The position numbers and the translations under genes were made by a program. This document shows positions 22,474 to 37,517 of a DNA stretch of 64,000 bases, piece by piece (the first letter of the stretch is position 1; every line of letters begins with the position of its first letter). Under the pieces are notes generated by a model. It worked only from the letters and a program-made list of their open reading frames with translations, was not told the origin of the DNA and ran no database searches. Source of the stretch: Catajapyx aquilonaris (lineage: Eukaryota); the NCBI GenBank assembly GCA_000934665.2, contig KZ537977.1:1-64000 (forward strand). The letters run 5' to 3'.

Positions 22474-23664
22474 ACCCATTATTTAGTCGATACGGGTTTA
22501 ATCCCATAGATATTGAGTAGGGTTTAGGCAACCGTATCCAACGAGACGAGTGTCACATCTGGACGATTAACTAGTGCTTCTGCTTTCCCTTCACTTCCTA
22601 CGAACATCGAGAGAAAAAGTTAGGGGGTTCAACACACACACAAAAAAAACAGCGACGAGAGAAGAATCTCGGCAGATCTTCGCACCTGATTTGTCCCACG
22701 AATTCTTCCATGACAAGAAGGTTCTTGGGATTGCGGAATTTTCCTTTTTTTTTTTTTTTACAAGTAACATTCGGACAGCGATCGTTTGATGGAGTAGGGA
22801 ATGGAAAGCAGAACGTTTGAAGGTGCGAATCGGATTATGCACGGCCCCTTTTGCTCGATGGTTCCTTTGCAAGGATGGTGCCTGTCTGATGATGTCTCTC
22901 GTGAGTCGTCGTACCTGACACGGGCTCAGCCTTTTGTCCGAGTTTATCGGCAGGATAATTGAAAAAAAAAAAGCCCGTTGCTGAATCTGTGCCGGGGAAC
23001 ACATCCGGGTTTACTTTTACTTGGTGGAGAAGCCCATTTGACGCTTGTACGACGCGAAGATAATGCATTTTTACATCTTGTCCGAAAAATGTGAGCAGAA
23101 TGGAACTTTCGGTCTCGGATGTAATGTTCAAAGGACAATTTTCAGGCTCAAGTCTTACATCACACTGACGTTACATGAATGAAAAAATTGCTTGAAAGTT
23201 GATCATATTTGGATCCAACGTGTAGTTACATCTTCACACTGATAGATGCTTCTGGTTCATTTAACAAAACTTGCGAAATGTCTTCAACCAAATATGATGT
23301 AATAACTATTTCGATAATGTTTCCCACTCGTCGGTTACACCTTGGCCCCGTTCTCTCGCCATCCTTCAGTGACGTCTCTGAAGAATCATCTGCGACGAGA
23401 GGACGTCTCAGTCCCCCGAAAAGACGGGCGGTTCCGTAGCTCTTTTCTCCCTTCCAAATTTTTTTTTTACAAGTCTTCTTTTCCCCTTTACCTTTTTGTT
23501 CCCATCAATCGGGCGGAACAGCCAAATCAAGCGGACACCTTGCGCCACCAGGCATCAGCAAGTCCCCTTCTCTCTCGTCTTCTTCACCCGCTTTTTCCCT
23601 GCCGCCCTTGTGCTTTTGGTCGACACCCGGGGTCAGACATCGGGCAAGATGTGATGCAGGCAGC

Positions 23665-24057
23665 ATGTACTGCAATCCTCCTGTTCACCAGTGGTCGGTG
23701 GTTCCTCCTTGGACTCGTCTGTCACAGGCCTTCACCGCGAGCGTGCTGGAGGACTACATCCGACCAGTGTGCAGCAGCGACGGTGAGCTGGTCCTGGAGG
23801 TAGAGTGCGGACTGAACCGTGGTCAGCTGTACCTGTCCCGGTTGTGCCAGGGGTCGAAAGGTCCTTGCATTCTTTTCGACGGACTCTGGCTGACCCCAAA
23901 CGAGTTCCAGTTCATCAGCGGCAGGGAAACAGCCAAGGACTGGAAAAGGTCCATCCGACACTGTGGGAAGAGCATGAAGTTGCTGCTCACAAAGGGCATA
24001 CTGGCCGTACATCCGCCCATGTGCGACTGTGACGGATGCAGGGTATCATCGCCAGTG
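23665..24057 (+). CDS. SAMD11: SAMD11/Samuel-like gene, exon 1 (SAND domain)
   Basis: LEVECG.N...LYLSRLCQGSKGPCI.F.G.WLTPNEFQFISGRETAKDWKRSIRH.GKS.K.L..KGIL.VHPP.CDC.GCR.SSPV: SAND KDWK motif plus the SAMD11-type HPPxCDCxGCRxSSPV motif. Donor GTG|gtgagt. Confidence 0.88.
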
Positions 24058-24075
24058 GTGAGTTCTTGATAACAA

Positions 24076-24206
24076 CACTGCTAGTTACGCGCTCGCAATT
24101 TGAGCCTCGGTCGCACGACCAGATATGATATTTTTGTCGGTCGCAAATCGTCTGGTCGTCTCTGCTAAGTTAGCAGTAACTAGCAGTGGGACGACAATTC
24201 CACCCA
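24076..24206. mobile_element. Partial MITE, same family as 43849-43994
   Basis: Shares CTGCTAA.TTAGCAGTAACTA..AGTG.GACGA.AATTCCACCCA with the 43.9-kb element; internal inverted repeat CACTGCTAGTTAC/GTAACTAGCAGTG. Confidence 0.65.
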
Positions 24207-27200
24207 AGGTGATAATTGTCACGGTTCTGGTGTGTGTCCAACTCCTCCTAACCTTGTTCTTCTTCATTCAAGCACGCATGTGCTTAAGCGTGGCCAGTTC
24301 TAAACAAAACGGATCGGGCATAAATCATTGGAGCCAACAGCCAAATGAATAGCTTGACGCGCATGTCAATTAGGTAATTGTTGGAATGATCCGAGTCAAT
24401 CACTTCTTATGACACAGGCCGTTCTTAATGGGCCTCAGCGTCATAAAAGCTCGGGTATAACGGCCGACGTCACCGACTTAACATGTTACTTGGGTCGTTG
24501 AGTCTGCCTGAAAACGATCAAGCGCATCACCTGTTATGCCCGTAAACTGGATTCCGGACAAAGTGCATTCTTCATCTAAGGTGGAGAGAGAGAAAAAAAG
24601 TGCTGGTCTGATGTTTATGTGGCGTGTCATGAATCAAACTCGGCGTCGTTAGCTACTATTTGGTGAAGGAAGCCCGACGGTTCTTCACTTTATATGGTGT
24701 ACAAGTATAATTACACGCGAGACAGCTCCGGACAGGAATGTCCTTTCTGGAAACTTATCTCAAAGTTTCCGGCCCAAAGTTTTTCTTGTGTAAAAAAATG
24801 CGGCTTCAGAAACAAGTTAAGCTACATGTTCGCCTAATTAGGATCACCGTAAAGTGAACTTACTTGCTGGAAGTCTACTGCTCTGCCAGAGTTTGACCAC
24901 GAAGTGCCGGCTAACAGAGTGACGTGATCGTGTACATCACAGGGCAGATGAGTGTAACACGTCTCGACCAGACTCGCGGGGGTCAGCTCTACACTGTTTG
25001 TCAATTAAAGCTCGGCGAGTGAAGGAATTTTGGCCGGCACCAAAGAGGCCACCGGTACATTCTCACACCTGATATTTAGGCGAAGAATTTGAAGCCTAAT
25101 GGGACCTCTTTCAATCGGAATGCATATTGAACATCCCGAGGATTTGTACTTCACTAAGAAGAAGAAGAAAAAAAAAGGTTGTGGACTATAATTTCACAGG
25201 TCCAATCACCCGGAGCTTCATTTATGGGACAATTTCGTGCAAACCGAATCGGTTTATCCACGCGACATGACCACTGCCCAGATGCACAAGAGGTTAGTTG
25301 TGAAATGGTGTTCAGGACCATTGGATCCGGTCAAATGATCCGTGTCAACCATTCACCGGATCTTTAGGAGTGCTGGGTTGTACATGTAGATGGCAGAGTG
25401 TGCTTATTTCTGATCCAAGAAGAGTTTATAAAAAAAAATAATGAAAAACCAGAACACTTGTTGATGAAGCATGTGGTCGTTGAACTTCACGTTGCTTATT
25501 TAATTTCGGTGGTTACGCTCGATTTCTTGAGGATGAATACTATGTAATATGAGGGGCGTCAAATAGCAAAAAAAAAAAAAATGCGTCCAATTGAAAATTT
25601 TTGCTGCCTGGATTGAAGTGTGGGGCTCTGCTGTTATTATGGACTGAAGGTTCGCACCGCATGACCTGTCTGCATGGGGGAAAACAGGTAAGAAGAAATC
25701 ACCTCGGTGCGTGATTACGGTGATGATGGATGGTATATGAGGTTCGCCAACTTTTTTTTTATTGCACATTTTTTTAAATTCGTAACCTGGGCGATAGGTC
25801 AGGGATCGTCCGAGTCTGGATCATGACAGGATAGGCTGTATCTGCGTGTATATGGCCGCACACTACCAGGGGTGTCAGAAGGCCCGGTTAGCACGAGTGG
25901 TCATCACCTGCTGAGTGGGTGTGTACGTGGCCAAACCTGCAATAATAAGAAAAGAAGGGGCCAAGGCGTATTTGGCAGTCATGCTCGCGCTCCCTTATTA
26001 CCTTCAAAGTGTTTTTAAAGTGTTTGATAAGTTTTTGCACGCGCGTATTAAAATGCCAGACGGACGATGATCTATGCGAAATTCTCCTTTCTTCTCAATG
26101 CAGTAAAAGAAAATTCATAGGCGTTAATTCAGGTTGACCTTATCGTTTGCAATTCAAATTAGATGTTTTTTTGTTCTAAACCTGTGGCCCGCGGTTGTCT
26201 TTTCGTAGTCATTATTGTTTTTTAGCATCGTAAACAATTTATTACCGCAGTTGTTTTATGTAGGTTACTTTTTGCCCAAGCCGCTCCAAGTGCGATAATA
26301 CGCTTGCATATTTCTTCTGCACAAAAAAATTAGATTGAAAATTGCCATTAAAGTCGTTTTCCCACGTCATAAATCGAAATATCTCAAATTGGAAAACTTG
26401 AACAAGACCTCTTCTTAGCCAGTTAGCGAAAACCAGCTACCGCGTTTATCTTAATTATTGCAAAAGGGCCGTCACACACACACAAAAAAAAGGTGAACAA
26501 AAAGAGAATTGAATTTTCTATACACTGTACGACGTGGGAGTGCTTGGCCCAGGTTGTACAAAACTAATGATAATTATTATGGCAGTTAATGCAGACTCTT
26601 GCGGGAGGCTCTAATTTGCACGGTTTGTTTTGGGGCCCGCCCTGGTGCATGTCCAAGTAGCCCTCTCATTTCGCTCAATTAGACTTCCCTGCAATTAGCT
26701 TCCAAAATTCTCCATTGAACATGATATATTTGAAGTGTAACTAGAGAGAAAGAGAGTTATATATAAAAAAACTACCCTTCCTCCACCTCCACCCAACCAA
26801 ACTCGAAAACATGTCGGCTGTAAATCATCTCCTTACACTCTTCCCTCCTGTACTGGAAGCTGTCACCGTGAGGAACATTAATATCTCGGGACAAATGCAC
26901 CTCAATTACATACCCGTGGCTCCCTCTGATTTCAAACAACGGAGCCAAAAAGCCGCAAAGTGTACTGGCCCCTAATGTCATCACGACTTCCATCATTGTT
27001 GCACCGGAGCTAAATTTACACTTCCAGACAATGGTGGTGTCGACAATAAAAATGGGCAATTTTTTTACCACTGATATTTCTGGTACTGCACACATTGATT
27101 GCATATTCACACTTAGGTTTACTTTAATATTATCATAAGAGTATTTTATTTTTTCGTAGTTCATACGATTTGTCCAATCGGGTCAATTTAATATTTTCGT

Positions 27201-30200
27201 GCAAAATTATTAAGCCCTGAAAATTTTTTAAAATAATAAAAACCATTTGTGTGTACATTCCCTCTCAAATGATACAAGTTTCGTCATTTTATAGCCTTGA
27301 ACCACGACCACCTTGGGCAGGGACACAAATTATTTCAATCATTATTTCTGTGAATTATAATATTATGGCCAAACGAATTGCATGTCATGTCTGAAATTGC
27401 CTGTACCGGTAGTTTTCACATTACAAAGTACCTACTGTAAATAATTTTATTGATTCTCTTTCGTGTGCATGCAAGACCCAAATATTTATCATTTGGTCCC
27501 ACATTTTTTAACGACCATGTGACCTAATTGGCTCGATTTTTTTTGTCACCTGACTTTTGACACAGATGAGGCAACCAGCTACTTTGCGTGCAGAAGCATC
27601 AGCACCAGCAAGTTGCTAGACGTCCGGCAGTTTTTCAGGCTTAATCTCAACCGCTTAACGGGTTACGCACTGTCAGACTTGATACACAGATACAATAATG
27701 GCACTGACATGGAAATAAGTCACACAATTTTTTCCACATTAAAAAAAACGCAGTTGCTTTTAATTGACTGGCCAGTCATTTCCACCTGGCTGCCTAATTA
27801 CAAAGTACACGAGAAGTCACTACCGAGAGACACCTGTCCTAAAAGCTTCACAGGGTGTGACACAGTGAATAGGAGCATAATGCACATAAGCACATGACAG
27901 ATATTTAGGTTAACTAATAGCAGGTTGTTTCAGAGCAAAAAAAATATTAGAAAAATGGTTACGGTCGCACACACTTGCTATACACGACTGGTCGTTGACC
28001 TGTCCATCTTACACGTCCGAAAAACTCAAAGTAGCGGCTTATGGTCTCCTTATTGCCATACCGAGCACGTGCCTGTCAATTTGACCGAGTGGACGAGTGA
28101 GTTATATCCCGTCGTCCGAGGCCCCCAGAATTTCCTGGACAGTCGTTTGACAGCCGGAGTCGGAAGGAATTTAACGCTACATCGACCAGAAAACGTATAT
28201 AATTCCATCTATCTGATTGTACCCAAGGCTGGCATGTTGTAATGAGGTCCGCTTAGAAATTAAATCTGGCTGACCTATAACGCGGACTCGAATGATTAGT
28301 GATTAAAAGAGTGGATAAGAGGCTTTACACGCATTATAAATAATCTCTTCGGACTAATATAGTTTTCAAGCTGACTTCTCTCGAGCTGTTTAAATGTCGA
28401 TAAAAACCTTTCCTTAAATCAAGCCTAATCGCGCCTTTTAAGCGTCATTCACGTCGTACCCGCAACTACTGGCCCACCAAATGAAGCTATAAGTTTCAAA
28501 AGAAGCAGATTGTGATACAACTACTTCAGGCAGCCGTAAATAAAAAGGTGCGACCTCACTAATACCGGCAGCTTCTAATATACTGGTTCGATTTGTGCTC
28601 CCCATTTGATTTATACTGCCAATCAGAGCACCCACCCTCCATTCGAAGGCCTCTAATTGTTGCATTAAAAAGCGCCTTGGAATATGGAATGAACCGGATT
28701 CAATAACTTCATGCAAAATATTTGATGCAAAAAAAACTGCACCGACATATTCTGATCCTAGGTACATGTTTTTAAAAAGGACTTGATAAATTTTAATACA
28801 ATTAAAAAATCTTTCTGGATTCGATACATGCATGCAAATTACCTTAATTTTTACACAAATAAATAGCGTGATTGTAATCTGAATGGTTCCTCCCGGTAGC
28901 TACGTGCATGCATATTTGGAGACGTTGCATCAGCAGGATGGTGGACTGGGCGAGAGAGTAGCGGTGCTGGCCTGTAATGATAGGTATAAAATTCTGGGAG
29001 CAGCTGTAGGGGCTCCCAGGCAGGTAAGTGGCCGAGGCACGACCCCAGAGGCATGATGGGAGCTCAGGGGTCAGGGCCAGAGCACGGGAGCAACTTTTGG
29101 ATTGGCCTCTGGGGGTCGATTGCTGCTTCATGGCTTCTTCGATTCGCCACAGGCCACGGTGATAGGGTGGGAGAAAACTCCTTTGAACTTGGCGGAACCA
29201 TAAAAAAAGTCGACCTTCCTTCACCCCTCGTTTTATTTCTTAGGATGGGTTTTTTTTAAAGGTGGTCAGATGCCTGGCTGTTATTTTCATATATTGAGGA
29301 TACCCTAAAATGGCGGTGGTGTCCCAGCGGGTCGCCTTGCAAAATGGATTCACTGCGCGTCACTCACTGAAAGGGTAAACTGGCCGCAAACCGCGGGTCG
29401 CGCCTCTAATCCGCGTTACATATTTACTTAGCATATTAGGAAGTAATAAACAAGGATTTAACAATGAATTAGGGAGTCGAAGAGATGGCCCCATAAATCC
29501 GGAGGGGTTTTCGAGAGAGCTTGCGAAAGTGTTGCGTGGAACAACTTTTTCAGCCCTGGACCGAAATTACTAGCGACGCTGGTGGCGGCTTGGGTGAGTT
29601 AGGACCGGCCTGAAAAATACGGGGGCTTCCCACACGGAATGTAAATGCATCGTAATGAACCTGAAGCACTAGAATAATTCGTCCCCGCTGAGACGGGGGC
29701 CAGCTCCTCGGGCTTTTTCACTCCGGGGTAATGAGCTCTGATATTGGCTGCGGAGAGAGCGTCATAGTTATTTATCCTGGGTATCAGATCAGTAGCGCAC
29801 GCACGGATCTCCACCTACTGAGAGAGGCATGGCCTCACCCTTAATTTTGGGCTCCCCCCCAAAAAAATTAATTTCCGCCCAATTAAACAATAGTTTCTTC
29901 TCAAACTTGCGAGTGAGACGTCAGTGGTTCCTACACCATCTGTTATTTATGCTGACACTCAGATCGCCCCATTATATCTCATTGCCAATACTTCACGCCG
30001 GCGCGATTAATCTTGAGACCAATCCATAAACTACAACCGGTGTTAGATCTTATCGGAGGCTATATCACGAACAGGTCCGTGTAAGATTTTTGTAACGAAG
30101 ATCCGTTTGATTTGGGTTGTGACATCTGACCCTCCTTCCACACACGCTACCAACCTTTTGTCAGACACGTGGGTCAGCAGCTTGCCTTCTCATTTTTTAT

Positions 30201-33200
30201 ATATATTTATTATTAATTTTTTTTATGTGTGTGCGCGGAATGCCCGGACCATAAAAGGGTAGGGGATTATTAACCCCTTTCACTTCGGCAGTCATCTGAG
30301 TTGAATAAGTGGGAATGCGGTGATAACAACTGCAGCCTGCAGCAAGTATTCAAGGAAACAATGATATTGCATCCCGGAGGATGATAGCGGAATGAACAAC
30401 GGTTCTTCTCTTTTTTTTCTGTCTCTTTTGTATAGGGGTTATGAAAACCAGACTATTAGTTATCAAACAGTACATAGAACCAAGGATTGCTCAGTACACT
30501 TTCAATTTCGACTTCCCTGGCTGGATTGCATAATCGTTCATTATTAGAAGGTATCAACCGTCATGGAGTGAAAAAGCACTCCATTAGAATGTGGCCGGTG
30601 GCAATACTGAGGTGTAATAGAGGCCAAAAATGACATGCATAGGAATAGTATATCAAGGACTCAACTTTCGCTTCTTCCACAGCAGTGGGGTCCTCAGCAG
30701 GACCATCCGGATTCCCCAGGTCGTGAAGCGTTCATTCTCCGCAATCAATGCATCGCGTGCAAACGGGAGTTTACACCCATTGATCGTGTCATTCTGACAT
30801 TAATTAGTTTGTACAAACCGCTCCCTATCTCTTTAATTGCTTCACAATTATACATATATCGAGCTCTTCTCAAGGGCCCCCCTTTCGCTTTGTCTCAGTG
30901 GGTTACCGCTCTGGGAAAATACCAAAAGACCTGCCTTACCATCACGTACTGATAAAAAAAAGTTCCGGGTTGTGCCAGCGAATAAATCCATAGAATAAGA
31001 CCGAAAGAGATCGGGTTGCCGCACAGAGAGAACCATGAATCTCATAAGATCCTCTGCAGCCCTCCTGCAGCTTACATCTTTGGTACGTGATTCCGCAATT
31101 TCTATTCCGCCAGAACATTACTGGGAATTTAACCAAGGTAATTGCAGGCTTTTATATTATTGCTTAGACTCACCGGTGGTATCGTGATAGGGGGTAAGGC
31201 TTGCCGTGTCATTCCCACGGCTTTGTAATTGATGTCAACGTGCGAGTCGGTTAATTAAGAGGTAAATTTTAAGCCCCAGCCTCATTTTTGCTGGCCGATA
31301 AAAACGCGGCGTAATTATTGCAGGCCCCGCGTCAAATAAGGTTATTCATGTTTTCTTCTCCTTCGAGGCGCCGCCTTAAAACTGGTATAAATTACTATGC
31401 AAGTTGAATACAGATTCGGCAAGCTTCCAGGTCTACCCTCGATGCCCAGTTCAGATTACGCCCCTCTAATCCTGTATATTGCCCAAACCACATGCTGGGG
31501 CAGGTGTGAAGCGTTCCCATTAAAAAATTACGGATTCAGAAAAAGAGGTGTTAGAATGAAAATTACACTCGGTACGTGCAAAGTTTTCTATTACGTCTCC
31601 ATTAAAATTAGCAAATATTGCTTTACGAAGGGAAAGTGAAATAAATAAAAAAGTGCATAAGTCACGGGGCAGGTGACCAGTAGCTTTTGGATGGGATGCA
31701 GACGGGCGGTTATTATGAGTTGGGCAATGGTGCGTGAGGCCATGAGTTAGAGGAAGGGGTAGAAATCAGGTGTGTAGTGTATAGAGATGATGCTCTCCAT
31801 TCTCTAGCTTGCTCCTTGTCTCTCTTCTATCTCTCGGGGGCCTTGATTAATCTCCTCCGCACCCTTATTCGTGACTGGCTCGTGTCAGAGACGGATGAGG
31901 GATGAGCTCAGGCAACAGCAGATCTGTGTCAGTCTGCGAAATAACCCCGGTCCAATCTGTGCTCCTGACATTTGACCCGGAAGGTGTCATTTTCCGCATT
32001 TGTGGCAGGTTTGGTCGTCATTAGATTTTGCCAATTTGAATGCCCGACTTTTAGGGCAGAAAAATGGCTGGCAAAACCTGATTGCTGCATGTTCGAGCAA
32101 TGCTACCACCAAAACATGTTTTCCTGCACTGGTTTAATAGTGAGATTCGACCAAATATTTAACAAATTGCTCGGATTGGGTGGCCAGTACCGCCTACTCA
32201 CCGGGTTATGTCCTTAAAAAGTAGAAACGCTCGAATTTATAGTTGTTGTTACACATCCGTCTGAAGTAATACAGAGTAACACGGGAAATAATTAATATCT
32301 CTTTCCAAGGCATAACGCAATAACGTTTCACGAGCAACCCGAGGCACAGAGGGTGTTCATGTCAGTGCTATTCTCCTCTGGTTGAAAGGTCCGACAGTGC
32401 AAAAGTTACGAGCCACAACTCGGAAGTCAACATCATACCACACAACAGTTATACTATTTTGCACGGTATGTCTTAGTACGGTAGCAAATAAAATTATTGG
32501 AATCTGGTTTGATAATGTCCGTGAGGATTCCGGAGAGGTAAAGGAATGACCCAGCATCCCCTGAGCGAAAACCACTGCATAACAGCACTTCATCAGCACT
32601 CTAGTGTAATATATTTGGTCTTCCATCGTACACAACACCTGTACGGAAGGGGCCAGGTAAATCCAGGCCAATAAGTCCTCCTCTTCGCAGCCATCAATCA
32701 AGACTAGTGTCCTCACATCACTGACTTATTGCATGATTATCAGATAATTTGTCGTTAATTACGCCATAAATCCCAGCCGACAAGTGACAGCAAGGAAATA
32801 TACAGCCTGCATTGTCATCTACCACGCACAATGTCATCTGAGTATATTTCCAGCCTGGATTTTTGTCCCTGCCTAAAGGCGGGCGCACCCATTGAAAAGG
32901 GTCCAGAATAGATAACAGAATAAAGTTTCGGGGGAATGAAAAATAAGGTGTGAGAATCGGACTGGATCCAATGGCACCCGGTGAGAGTGAGAGTCGGTGC
33001 TGGAGTCCGGTTTTTGACAAAGTGATGCATCTCGAAATGTCACTCTGGATAAACGAGCTACTATTATTCCCTGGATGAGCGTTCAGATAAAAAGAAATGT
33101 GTTGCGAAACGAGGTGCTGACTGAAATCTTAATAAGGTGTCCCCCCCCCCTTTTTTTGCACTACCGACTTGATTTTTAATTTAAAAATTAACGTCGAGTA

Positions 33201-36200
33201 AGTCAGATTACCTGAAAATGTTGCCAAAAATTTTTTGGCGATATTTACGATCAGATTGTATTAATTGGAAAGTGCTCACCTGTTGGGGAATATGCCAAAA
33301 CGTCAGTCCTGCAGATGTGGATTAGCGTCAGATAATTTGTACCCCTGAAAGCTCGCCCAGGGATAAGATGCCCAATTAGTATGGAGCGATAACTCACTCG
33401 CAAGAGGCCAATCGAGTCCGTATTTCATCATATGCCCGACCACACTCTGTTTCCAAACCATTAAAAAGCAATAGACACACTGCTCCGTCCGGAAAAAATA
33501 ACAGTCCTGTTCTTCGCGGTTAGTAATTATACCGATTCATCAATTTCACTTCAATTAATCAAACCCATATTTCCCCTAACCTCTTCATCTCACTGCTGAA
33601 TAACGCCGCCAATTAACGCCACAGCGAATGATGCACATTGCAATAATCAGGCTGCATTTACAGTAAGTAGCTTGTACTTTCATTATTCCGGACATGCTGA
33701 CAAATGGACCTGCATTGTTGCTTCGAAATAACACTTTTTCAAATTGTGAATAACAATTGGTTTGCATTCACTGTTAATAAGGTGTCGTCTACAAGTTGAA
33801 TACACTGTAAATTCAAACCATGGTGTGAACCTCGTGCACATTTTTTAAAAAGAGCATGGATCACGTCTGCTCAACTTATCACGAGCAAAGCAGAGGTGCT
33901 ATACGCGGATACCATCTTCATTGACGTCGCCATGCTTTGCTCTATAATTTTCTGTGGAGGCGGCCGCAAAAGAGTGTGTAAACATGTTATAAATGCAAAT
34001 TTCACTTACTTCTTAATAACACAGTCTAGTCGGTGCCAACAGTCATAGTTCACTTTCACAAGCGCCTTTGAAATAAGGGGTCGGTCAATGGGACGATGGG
34101 CTCTTAATCATGGGCTTTCCCAGCGCTCCACCTCCAGTACGTACACTTTGGTGTTACATGTTGCTTTTGCGTCACCCCCCCCCCCCCTTTGCAATCTCAA
34201 AATCAGCCGAAGAAGAAGAAGACGCTCTGCAAAATAATGGCGGAAGTGTTGCCCACTTCTGAGACGTCAAACTGCATTATATTATATTTTTTTGAAAGCT
34301 TGATTGCGACGGGTAATGTTTCGGTTCAAAACAAGTTTATTGACAAATAATGCTGAAGGGAAGCTTGAAGGACATGTAATTTTCCGGGGCTGATCTCATA
34401 TTATGACCAATAATAAGCACGCATCATATGTCGTGTTGTGGGATTTATCATCTTGCCAGTGACTTGAACTTTCGCTTCTTTAGGTCGTGATGCTAGGATT
34501 TCCCATTTTTTTCGCACTTTCTTCTGCTGAGCTCTCATTAACCTAAATACACCCACATGCTTTTATATTTAAGTGCTTGCCCTAAGCCTCTACCGGTAGG
34601 TGATGCAACGTATTGGTAAAGTGAAAATACGGATCATATTTGATGCAGGAGTTGCAACAATGAATGAATGGGACGCCGGACAGTCCCCCCCCCCCCCCCC
34701 ANCCGTCCGCAAGTCGCTTCCTTTCCCACGATTAAGTGGAAGGTGTTAAACCACAAAATGGGGCTGCCGTAGAGCAACATAATCGTCTGATGGCAGGAAA
34801 TCGGAGGGAAATTTTTGCCACCTCCGTGTGGTTGTGGTTACCAGCCCTTTGCTACCGGACTTAAAACCCTGGCAGGCAAAACCGATCGTGTCATGTGGGT
34901 TGCATACAATCCAGGATACCTCAACTTCCTGCTCCATTTGAACGATTTAAGGCTGATGAAGTGACACGCATAAATCCGAAGGTGCTTCTTGCTTATTCAC
35001 CTTCCAAATGGGGGGGGGGGGAAACCAGACCCAGCCCATCTGCTCGGCAACATTCCTATACAGACGACTAGCCTTTTCACACACTCAGATCACGAAGAGT
35101 CTCCTACATAGGGGTTGTCTGGGCTGCTTGTCCCCTTGGCCTTGCTCCGGCCTTGTCGCCTAAATCTGCATATACAGACCTCACCCTCAATTTTCGCAAA
35201 TGCAATGGATAATTACAGGTAAGATGCACACGCAATGCACTAACATTGTATAATCATTAAGATTTTTTTAAAAGTCCACAATAAAGGGCGAGGAAAACAC
35301 CTGCCCTGGCAATCATCCTTTAAAAAGCCTCATAAAAAGGTGGGTAAAAGGTAAATAAGGCCCGTGCATTTGGGGAGTCAGGTGGAAGTCAGCATATACC
35401 TGTGGAGAACGGCCTTGACCGCTGGGGCCACTGTTTTTGTACAGGGCAATTTACCCCCACCTTTATTGTTGAAGGTCTGTGCTTTCTCCATTTTTGATAC
35501 AGGGTGACAAATTGAGAGTATGAAGGATTTTTATCAGTGCTCTCCTTTCATGACTGGTATAAAAAGGCACAAGGTTGTGTCTCTGTCACTCACTGTCATG
35601 AATTGTCTATTAATCGCTTTGGCAGGAAGTTTGCCGGATTTAACAATGCGGCTGACAACAATGTTTGCGGGGGGGGGGTTAGAATAGAAGGGAGATAAAT
35701 AAAGGCAAAAGTGGGCAGCGGTGTCCAGTTTATCGAAACCGGTATGTGGGTTGCACCTAAGTGTTGTTTGGAGGGTTTTGTTGCAGGGCAGGCTGCCAGT
35801 TGGTTCGAATGAGTCGATTCTTCCTTTTCCATGATGATTATTATACCGTCGAGGATGGTGCTGACAGTGGCTATTCCTCTTCCTGTGGTCCGGACGATCC
35901 TGGTTGCCCTTCGCTGCCTTGTAATAGGCCCTTTTTTTTTTTTCTTCGAGCCGATTGGTATCGTATCCACTCGGAACAAGCCCCATGTACTACATATGGC
36001 TGCTGGCTTCTGGCAGTACGTGCTTGAGATTCTTAACAGCGATAATCTGGTGGGGACAAGACCCCCTTTTGCACATTAGCACTGACGCAATTGGCCGGAC
36101 ATTTGGTTTGTATCAGCTCATTGGAATTGAGTAGGCGTCATTATACGGTAATGCATAAGCTGCAATGCAATCATCTATAAGAAATTTTCCTCGACGACTC

Positions 36201-37444
36201 TGATCGTTCTGCATTTTCAGATCTTGACGTGTTTATGTTCCAAGTGGTGCATCACAGGCTCCAATGGCGTTTTCAGGCTGTCATGGCCAGTGTTAGGTAG
36301 CTGTGCCGGGGGTGTTGAAAACATGTCCCGTCGAGGCCGGTGTCAAAGGAATAAAAAGGTGCCCAACTTTTGATGGGATTTATGTGTGTGACTATTGTTT
36401 TCTTGAAGGGGATCTGCTTCATTGCTTTCTGGTCGATGACGTGAGCTTCGTGTGGGCAGACGACTTTATTTTATCTCAGTCGTATCTAGCTGATCCATAT
36501 TACAATACCAATTTTTGAGACATAGTTGCATGCCATTTTTGTGTGTGTATACAGGGTCAAAGTTCAACTCAAGTTGGCATTTCTCGATCAAAAACACTAT
36601 GGTATCTCGTTGTACTTGGTGCAGAGGAGAAAATTCATTGCCCGACCCGGGAATCGAATCATGGTCAAGGTCTGATTGTGGTCCAAGTTACTGAAAGTAT
36701 TTGGAAGATATTTTCTTCAATATTTTTCTCACCTTTGACCGTATTTATAGCATTATTTCTACGCAGATATTATGAGTTCATATATAGCGACCAAATCTTT
36801 AGATTGGACAGTGTACACACGAGATTTGCTGATCTAAGCTGACCTTTGGGCCATGTGCATACCTGTTGACAAGTGTAGGATTTATTTGCTATGACGTCAA
36901 AAGTGTATAGTTGACTCATCACTACTCAGAAACACTTTGTATGTGTATGACGGCCTAGAAATTAGGTGTGATGCAAACGCCCTTCAATTGTGCAACACAA
37001 GGGTTATCCATATTTACACCCATACAGTCTATACAGTTGAGTCTTTCGCACGCCGCCAAGGTTTTTAAGAAGTAAGGAGAGGTGAAGCATCGTAATTAGA
37101 AAGGTGGACTGCACGCCCATAATGCCAATATTGCTAATGACACGACCACTTGCTCATTTTCAAAAGCCTTTTCAATTTGTAAGACACTGTTTGCTTTTAC
37201 GATGAGGCGACCGCTAAGTAGTTTTAGCATGCTATTGTATAGCACATGTTGTTCATATGGCACTGGTCCCAACCCTTCCTCAATACATCGCATGTTCTCC
37301 AGGCTAGCGACTTCAACTTGTGCTAAACAACAGTGTTAATTTGACACCGAACAAGCTGACTTGCCCTTTACATCACAAGCAATCAATTTTTTTAATGCGA
37401 CAGAAAAAATAGTGCCGTATGTACACATGATAACAAAAAGGAAC

Positions 37445-37517
37445 TGCCGTGACCAGGGATCGAACCAGGGACCTTTAGATCTTCAGTCTAACGCTCTCCC
37501 AACTGAGCTATCCCGGC
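37445..37517 (-). tRNA. tRNA-Phe(GAA) copy 1
   Basis: GCCGGGATAGCTCAGTTGGGAGAGCGTTAGACTGAAGATCTAAAGGTCCCTGGTTCGATCCCTGGTCACGGCA, 73 nt; T5 Pol III terminator at 37435-37439. Confidence 0.95.

Noticed and set aside
23665..24057. DEAF1/GMEB/Sp100 assignment for the SAND exon
   Set aside because: The flanking HPPxCDCxGCRxSSPV-NRxRLA motif is SAMD11-type.
26770..27330. Possible decayed DNA-transposon sequence
   Set aside because: No TIR pair or coding motif that I could verify.
34685..34702. Poly-C run with an N
   Set aside because: Homopolymer/assembly ambiguity, not a feature.
36632..36666. tRNA-like 3' half on - (GATTCGATTCCCGGGTCGGGCA)
   Set aside because: No D-arm or anticodon arm; at most a SINE remnant.
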